Shown: piece after piece, positions 58,759-64,000 of the stretch
How the letters are laid out: every line of letters starts with the position of its first letter
Numbering within the stretch: position 1 is the first letter of the stretch
Source of the DNA: a bacterium BMS3Bbin09
GTDB taxonomy: Bacteria; Nitrospirota; Thermodesulfovibrionia; UBA6902
Reading direction: 5' to 3'
Length of the DNA stretch: 64,000 nucleotides
NCBI GenBank assembly: GCA_002897915.1
Contig: BDTS01000055.1
Location: 23,479-87,478, forward strand
Translations under genes and position numbers: made by a program
Notes under the pieces: model-generated
What the model saw: the letters and a program-made list of their open reading frames with translations, nothing else
Told to the model about the DNA's origin: nothing
Databases searched by the model: none

Positions 58759-60334
58759 ACAGAAAATATTGATACGCAGTGTGAACTGGATCGGCGACGC
58801 AGTCCTGACAATTCCCGCTATAAAGGCCATACGCAATGCATTCCCTGAAGCCCATATAAGCCTGCTCACAAAGCCATGGACCGCAGAGATTTTCAGCGGG
58901 AATCCCGACATTGACGAGATCATTTTATATGACAAAACGTTCAAAGGCATCACCGGAAAGTTCAGGCTCGCCAAAATATTAAGAAGCTCCTGTTTCGACA
59001 CTGCTATACTCCTTCAGAACGCCTTTGACGCCGCGTTTCTCACATGGCTCGCGAGGATACCCGAAAGGATCGGCTACAAAAGAGACTGCAGGGGCTTCCT
59101 GCTGACAAAGGGGATTCCAGTTCCAGTAGAGATCCCCGGACAGCACCAGGTCAACTATTATCTGAACATCGTAAGGGCCATTCAAGAAAATATAGAGGAA
59201 ACACCCCCCTATATCCATTTGACCGACAATGAAAGACAGTGGGCGAGAGAATTGATCGCGTCCAAACTACATGACCCTCACCTTCCGCTTATAGGTATTA
59301 ACCCGGGGGCTGCATACGGATCGGCCAAGAGATGGCCGCCCGGGAATTTCGCCGAATTGATAATGAAGATCATCAACGACCTTAACGGCAGGGTCATTAT
59401 ATTCGGAAGCCAGGCCGAGGTCGAGATCGCAAATGAGATCATTAATGAGATCAACGTCCTGAAAATAAAAAAACGAATAGAATTCGGCTCGCGCATCATG
59501 GTAATGTCCGGCAAGACAAGCCTCAGGGAACTTGCCGCACTGATATCGGAATGCGACGCGTTCATAACCAATGATTCAGGCCCCATGCATATAGCGTCTG
59601 CCCTGCATGTGCCAACAGCGGCCATATTCGGCTCGACCGATCCCGCGGCAACCGGACCATTCGGAAAGAGCCATAAGGTCATCACAACAAACCTGCCCTG
59701 CTCCCCCTGCCTCAAAAGGAAGTGCCCTGAAAAGCACCTCGCCTGCATGACAGAGATAACTCCGGACATGGTCTTCGGCTCGCTTAATGAAATTCTTCCA
59801 ATGCAGAGAGCGGTATTTCTCGATAAGGACGGTACCATCATCGAGGACAAGAACTACCTGAATAGTTTTGATAACCTTGTCATACTTCCGCTCGCAAAAA
59901 AGAACCTGCAGCAGCTTAAAACAGCCGGTTTCAAGCTGATCGGGATAACCAACCAGTCCGGTATCGGAAGGGGTATCGTGGACGAGCAGTTCGTCATTGA
60001 ATCAAACGAGCTCCTGCAGAAAAAACTCGGGATAGATGATTTTTATTACTGTCCTCACCACCCAGATGATAAATGCTCCTGCAGAAAACCCGAGCACCTG
60101 ATGATGCTTGAAGCTCGGCTCGATCACGGGATAGACCTGAAAAGGTCGTATGTGATCGGTGACAAAGAGTCCGACGTTCTTCTCGGGAAGAACACAGGCG
60201 CCACCGGCGTCCTCCTCTCGGCAACACCGCTCTTTGATAAATCAAGTGCGGCCTTTATCGCAAAGGATCTGAGTGAGGCGGTTGAGTGGATACTCAAGAG
60301 AGAGATACGGTTAGGGCGGAGCTTTCAGCTGTAA
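58691..60334 (+). CDS. Bifunctional ADP-heptose:LPS heptosyltransferase II (WaaF/RfaF-like GT9) fused to D,D-heptose-1,7-bisphosphate phosphatase (GmhB)
   Basis: The N-terminal ~350 aa are GT9 (ILIRSVNWIGDAVLTIPA, TNDSGPMHIA). The C-terminal ~180 aa are HAD-IIIA GmhB (VFLDKDGTI, CPHHPDDKCSCRKP, VIGDKESD). The exact start is uncertain because the ORF overlaps the upstream gene by up to 67 nt. Confidence 0.75.
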   Translation: MEMGKREPMTLLLNAVRTSAVNKQKILIRSVNWIGDAVLTIPAIKAIRNAFPEAHISLLTKPWTAEIFSGNPDIDEIILYDKTFKGITGKFRLAKILRSSCFDTAILLQNAFDAAFLTWLARIPERIGYKRDCRGFLLTKGIPVPVEIPGQHQVNYYLNIVRAIQENIEETPPYIHLTDNERQWARELIASKLHDPHLPLIGINPGAAYGSAKRWPPGNFAELIMKIINDLNGRVIIFGSQAEVEIANEIINEINVLKIKKRIEFGSRIMVMSGKTSLRELAALISECDAFITNDSGPMHIASALHVPTAAIFGSTDPAATGPFGKSHKVITTNLPCSPCLKRKCPEKHLACMTEITPDMVFGSLNEILPMQRAVFLDKDGTIIEDKNYLNSFDNLVILPLAKKNLQQLKTAGFKLIGITNQSGIGRGIVDEQFVIESNELLQKKLGIDDFYYCPHHPDDKCSCRKPEHLMMLEARLDHGIDLKRSYVIGDKESDVLLGKNTGATGVLLSATPLFDKSSAAFIAKDLSEAVEWILKREIRLGRSFQL

Positions 60335-60455
60335 CTCAAGAGTGCGGGGTCAGGCTTGAAAATTGACATTTAAAATCACAAGTTCGCAAGCCTGCAGCCG
60401 CATCTTAGATTTGACCCGAAGAGCGAATCTGCGGGGGTTGTGATAGAATATCTCA

Positions 60456-61487
60456 ATGAAAATCCTGGTGATCAAACCCAGCTCTTTAGGGGACGTGATA
60501 CACGCCCTGCCCTTTCTGAATTCTGTAAAGGAGTCATTCCCGACAGCCGAGATAGACTGGGTAATAAGCAAGAGCCTCAAGGGCCTGCTGGAAGACAATC
60601 CTCTCATCAACGATCTCATAGTCCTGAACAAAGACTCCTGGAAGAACATCAGGAGACTGCCGAAGACACTGGCCGAGATCGCGCGCCTCAAAAAACAGCT
60701 GAAAAAGAAAGAATATAATTTTGTAGTTGACCTTCAGGGTCTCTTGCGGAGCGGACTGATCGCATTCTCTACCCATGCCACTCAAAAGGTCGGTTTCGCG
60801 GACTCACGCGAAGGGAGCACTATCTTTTATGACAAAAAGCTCACGGTAGACAGATCCCTTCACGCAGTGGACAAGTGTCTGGAAGCAGCAAAGGCGATTG
60901 GAGCCAATCTGAAAAAGGCGAAGTTCCCGCTTAATGTTAGCAAGGACGCCAAAGAAAGGATGAGGGAACTATTGGGCGATACAGACGAATATATTGTTAT
61001 CGTGCCCTCGGCAAGATGGGCCTCAAAGAGATGGCCCGCGGAGAAGTTTGCCGCACTTATAAAAAAAACCTCCTTCCCCTGCGTTATCGCCGGCACCAAA
61101 GGAGACAGGAAGATATCCAAAAAGATAATCGATTCGATTAATAAAGGCGGCCATAAAAAGAATTGGAAGAACACGATAATCGACCTATGCGGAAAGACTG
61201 ACTTGAAGGAACTAACCGCGTTGCTGGCAGGCGCAGAGGCAGTTGTAAGTAATGATTCCGGCCCTATGCACATTGCAGCGGCCCTCAACAAACCGGTCGT
61301 TGCGATCTTCGGTCCGACTGACCCGGTCAAGACCGGCCCTTACGGCTGGCAGACAAACAAAAAACTGACCGTGATCAAGACACTGGTTTCATGCGGGCCA
61401 TGCAGGAATAAAAATTGTGCCGACCTTATATGTATGGAGAAGATAAGCTCGAACAAGGTTATGAAGGCCCTGAAGGAATATCTATGA
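60456..61487 (+). CDS. ADP-heptose:LPS heptosyltransferase (GT9; WaaC/WaaQ-like)
   Basis: GT9 motifs (MKILVIKPSSLGDVIHALP, SNDSGPMHIAAAL). Confidence 0.8.
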   Translation: MKILVIKPSSLGDVIHALPFLNSVKESFPTAEIDWVISKSLKGLLEDNPLINDLIVLNKDSWKNIRRLPKTLAEIARLKKQLKKKEYNFVVDLQGLLRSGLIAFSTHATQKVGFADSREGSTIFYDKKLTVDRSLHAVDKCLEAAKAIGANLKKAKFPLNVSKDAKERMRELLGDTDEYIVIVPSARWASKRWPAEKFAALIKKTSFPCVIAGTKGDRKISKKIIDSINKGGHKKNWKNTIIDLCGKTDLKELTALLAGAEAVVSNDSGPMHIAAALNKPVVAIFGPTDPVKTGPYGWQTNKKLTVIKTLVSCGPCRNKNCADLICMEKISSNKVMKALKEYL

Positions 61488-62212
61488 AAATATCCAGATC
61501 CATTTCGTTCACTACTATCTTTTTCATAATACTTTTCTTTCTTTCCAATTTTGCGGAAGCAGGATCAAAAACATATCATTACAATCTCTACTGGTCCGGT
61601 ATAAAGGCCGGTGAGGCAACCCTGGAATATCTGGATACCCCCGAGGGTTTCACGATCAAGACACATGCCGTATCCTCAAAGTTCATTTCGATATTTTATA
61701 AAGTGGATGACCGGGCGGAGACAGTTCTTTACCCTGACGGATACCCCAAAATTACCACCCTGAACATCAGTGAGGGCCGCCACACTAAACATAAGGTCAC
61801 AAGCTTCATCCAGAAAACCGAAGAGACGCCTCAAAAAATATTTTTCCATGACATTCTCAAAGATGAAAAAGCGGAGTATAAACTGGACAAGCCGGCTTAC
61901 GATCCTTTATCAGGGTTTTACGTGATGACCCAAATACCTATGGAAATTGGAAAGACAGAATATATCAGTATGTTTGACAGCAAAAAGATATTCGACGCGG
62001 AGATCAATGTACTGAAGAAAGAGAATATCAGCGTGCCGGCGGGCAAGTTCGATACGATAGTGATAAACCCGGTCCTGCAAACAGAGGGCCTCTTTGTCCG
62101 GAATGGAAAGATGTTCATATGGCTCACCGATGATGAGAGGAAGATCCCCGTGATGTTCAGGAGCAAGGTCAAGATAGGAAGTTTTGTGGCAAAACTGGCG
62201 GAGGAGAACTGA
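61484..62212 (+). CDS. DUF3108-like secreted protein
   Basis: Signal peptide (MKISRSISFTTIFFIILFFLSNFAEA) with a beta-rich body (VPAGKFDTIVI motif). The ATG overlaps the heptosyltransferase stop (ATGA). Confidence 0.5.
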   Translation: MKISRSISFTTIFFIILFFLSNFAEAGSKTYHYNLYWSGIKAGEATLEYLDTPEGFTIKTHAVSSKFISIFYKVDDRAETVLYPDGYPKITTLNISEGRHTKHKVTSFIQKTEETPQKIFFHDILKDEKAEYKLDKPAYDPLSGFYVMTQIPMEIGKTEYISMFDSKKIFDAEINVLKKENISVPAGKFDTIVINPVLQTEGLFVRNGKMFIWLTDDERKIPVMFRSKVKIGSFVAKLAEEN

Positions 62213-62356
62213 AACAGCGCATTCCAGGCAATCATCCCTTTACCAAACTATCTGTATTATTGAAATATAGGCAGGAAAAATTATAAAATAAGAGTTGAGT
62301 TTTAATCCTTTTAAATTTCTACAAATCACCATTAAATATGGTTTCAAGGAGGTTGA

Positions 62357-63664
62357 ATGAACATCGCTGTTATCGGAAGTGGCTACGTTGGATTGATCAC
62401 CGGTGCATGCTTTGCGGAATTCGGGCTGAACGTTACCTGTGTGGACAACGATGAAAAGAAGATACAAACATTGAAAAAGGGAGAGGTGCCTTTCTATGAG
62501 CCCGGACTCGAAAATCTGCTCAAGAAAAACATCAAGGCAAAACGCATGCACTTCACAAGTAATCTGGCCGAGGCCGTGGAATCTTCTCTCGTTATCTTTA
62601 TAGCGGTCGGCACTCCTCCTAAAGCCGATGGTTCGGCAGAGATGAAATTTGTCGAAGGTGTCGCAAAAGAGATCGCGCAAAATATAAAAAACTATAAGGT
62701 CATTGTAACAAAGAGCACTGTTCCTGTCGGAACAGGAGAAAAGATCAGCAAGATCATTAAAAAGAACATCAAGGGAAAAGTCGATTTTGATGTTGTATCA
62801 AATCCCGAATTCCTGAGAGAAGGCGCCGGGATCGAAGACTTCATGAGGCCGAACAGGGTCGTTATCGGCACATCGAGCACACAGGCCACAGCGATAATGA
62901 AGGACCTTTACAGTCCGCTTTACCTTATCGAGGCCCCGATAGTCATTACCGACATAAAGACCGCGGAACTCATAAAGTACGCCTCGAACGCGTTCCTTGC
63001 CACAAAAATATCCTTTATAAACGAGATAGCGAACCTCTGCGAGAGTGTCGGAGCGGATGTGCAGACAGTATCTAAGGGCATGGGCCTTGACAGGAGGATA
63101 GGTTCGAAGTTCCTGCACGCCGGCCCTGGTTACGGCGGTTCATGTTTTCCGAAAGATACTCAGGCACTCTCGAAGATAGGAAAAAAGAATAAAGTAACCC
63201 TCGGGGTCATAGACGCGACGATCCGGGCCAATGAATTCCAGAAAGAGAGGACCGCCGACAATATTCTGAAAACAATGGGGAAGATAAAGGGGAAAACTGT
63301 TGCTATACTCGGTCTCTCTTTCAAACCCAATACCGATGATATGAGGGATGCGCCGTCCCTGCTCATTATCAAAAAACTTTTAAAAGCAGGCGCCAGGGTG
63401 AAGGCTATTGATCCTGTGGCAATGAAGGAGGCAAAGAAGATCCTCCCCAAGGTCACATTTACCAACGACGTTTATGCCGCGATAAAAGGCGCGGAGGCCG
63501 TCATAATAGTCACCGAGTGGAACGAATTCAGAAACCTGGATCTCGTGAAGATAAAAAAGATCCTGAAAGGCAAATTATTTTTTGATCTCAGGAACATATA
63601 TGAACCTGCCAAATTATTTAAGATGGGTTTTGATTATCACTGTATCGGGAGGGGCAACCTTTAG
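62357..63664 (+). CDS. ugd: UDP-glucose 6-dehydrogenase
   Basis: N-terminal NAD-binding motif (IAVIGSGYVGL), catalytic Cys region (GGSCFPKD), 435 aa. Confidence 0.93.
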   Translation: MNIAVIGSGYVGLITGACFAEFGLNVTCVDNDEKKIQTLKKGEVPFYEPGLENLLKKNIKAKRMHFTSNLAEAVESSLVIFIAVGTPPKADGSAEMKFVEGVAKEIAQNIKNYKVIVTKSTVPVGTGEKISKIIKKNIKGKVDFDVVSNPEFLREGAGIEDFMRPNRVVIGTSSTQATAIMKDLYSPLYLIEAPIVITDIKTAELIKYASNAFLATKISFINEIANLCESVGADVQTVSKGMGLDRRIGSKFLHAGPGYGGSCFPKDTQALSKIGKKNKVTLGVIDATIRANEFQKERTADNILKTMGKIKGKTVAILGLSFKPNTDDMRDAPSLLIIKKLLKAGARVKAIDPVAMKEAKKILPKVTFTNDVYAAIKGAEAVIIVTEWNEFRNLDLVKIKKILKGKLFFDLRNIYEPAKLFKMGFDYHCIGRGNL

Positions 63665-63718
63665 AAGATTACCCCATACTCTTGACATTAAGAAGGGAAT
63701 TCAATAAAATTACTCTTT

Positions 63719-64000
63719 ATGCGAAAACCATTTATAGCAGCAAATTGGAAGATGAACAAGACCGCTGAGGAGACCGAAGCTTTCATCAACTCTTTTCTCC
63801 CTATGGTCAAAGATGTAACAGATGTCGATATCCTGCTGGCACCGCCTTTTACTTCATTAAGCGCAGCGGCAAAACTTCTGAAAGGGTCCAATGTGATCCT
63901 CGCTGCCCAGAACATGCATTTTGAAGAGAATGGAGCCTATACCGGCGAGATATCGTGTGAAATGCTCCGCTCCGCGGGCTGTACATGCGTGATCATCGGG
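63719..64000 (+). CDS. tpiA: Triosephosphate isomerase, 3'-partial
   Basis: It begins MRKPFIAANWKMNKT (TIM N-terminal signature) and runs off the window end. Confidence 0.85.
   Translation, partial: MRKPFIAANWKMNKTAEETEAFINSFLPMVKDVTDVDILLAPPFTSLSAAAKLLKGSNVILAAQNMHFEENGAYTGEISCEMLRSAGCTCVIIG

Overview
This 64-kb window is a chromosomal segment from a Gram-negative bacterium. Taxon not assigned. A complete system-I Ccm operon and a CcmE with a Cys active site are compatible with, but do not prove, a deltaproteobacterial- or Nitrospirae-like lineage. Note that the ORF track prints GTG and TTG starts as 'M'.

Most of the window is core genome:
- 1-4.6 kb: three translationally coupled glycan genes (a GH130 phosphorylase, a GH130 fusion, and a GT4 fused to an (alpha/alpha)6 glycosidase-like domain).
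- 4.7-8.8 kb: an MFS transporter, a DedA-PAP2-LssY_C triple fusion and a second PAP2 phosphatase.
- 9.2-16.2 kb: recX-recA, pgpA, an OsmC-like gene, galU overlapping lon (whose product has a histone-H1-like KAKP-repeat C-terminal tail), and thiL.
- 16.3-25.6 kb: a DUF2062 / M50 protease pair, then an 11-gene cytochrome c maturation operon on the minus strand (ccdA-ccmH-ccmG-ccmE-ccmF-orf121-orf375-ccmA-ccmB-ccmC-ccmD) containing two uncharacterised coupled genes.
- 26.4-30.7 kb: cadC-cadA-like Cd/Zn sensor-ATPase genes with a clear 12-12 operator, a DsbA-like thioredoxin and a PrsA/PpiC lipoprotein.
- 35.4-55.1 kb: proS and a complete dcw cluster (mraZ through ftsZ).
- 55.3-64.0 kb: xerD, a Lon-like AAA+/S16 protease, a WaaF-GmhB fusion, a second heptosyltransferase, a DUF3108 protein, ugd and the 5' part of tpiA.

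The one clearly accessory region is a decayed mobile/toxin-antitoxin island at 30.7-35.4 kb between ppiC and proS. It contains:
- an Avd-like four-helix-bundle pseudogene and a tyrosine-recombinase fragment with tandem N-terminal domains;
- a 17-bp perfect inverted repeat;
- an antitoxin/ParE-like pair whose toxin gene is split by an IS256-family insertion with an 8-bp target-site duplication;
- a PEP-CTERM protein gene with a probable 5' frameshift;
- an intact BrnT/BrnA pair.

Other sequence-level oddities:
- a GC-rich 20-bp palindromic element present downstream of lon and, in frame, inside proS;
- a ~60-bp imperfect direct duplication of the cadA-stop/ccdA-start junction flanking a 799-bp insert;
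- an MraZ-type GTGGG repeat operator;
- a TTTGACAT repeat array.

I found no CRISPR array, rRNA or tRNA gene, and no recognisable complete defence system. The candidate novel items are fusions, operon insertions and small repeat elements rather than a clear new multi-gene system.
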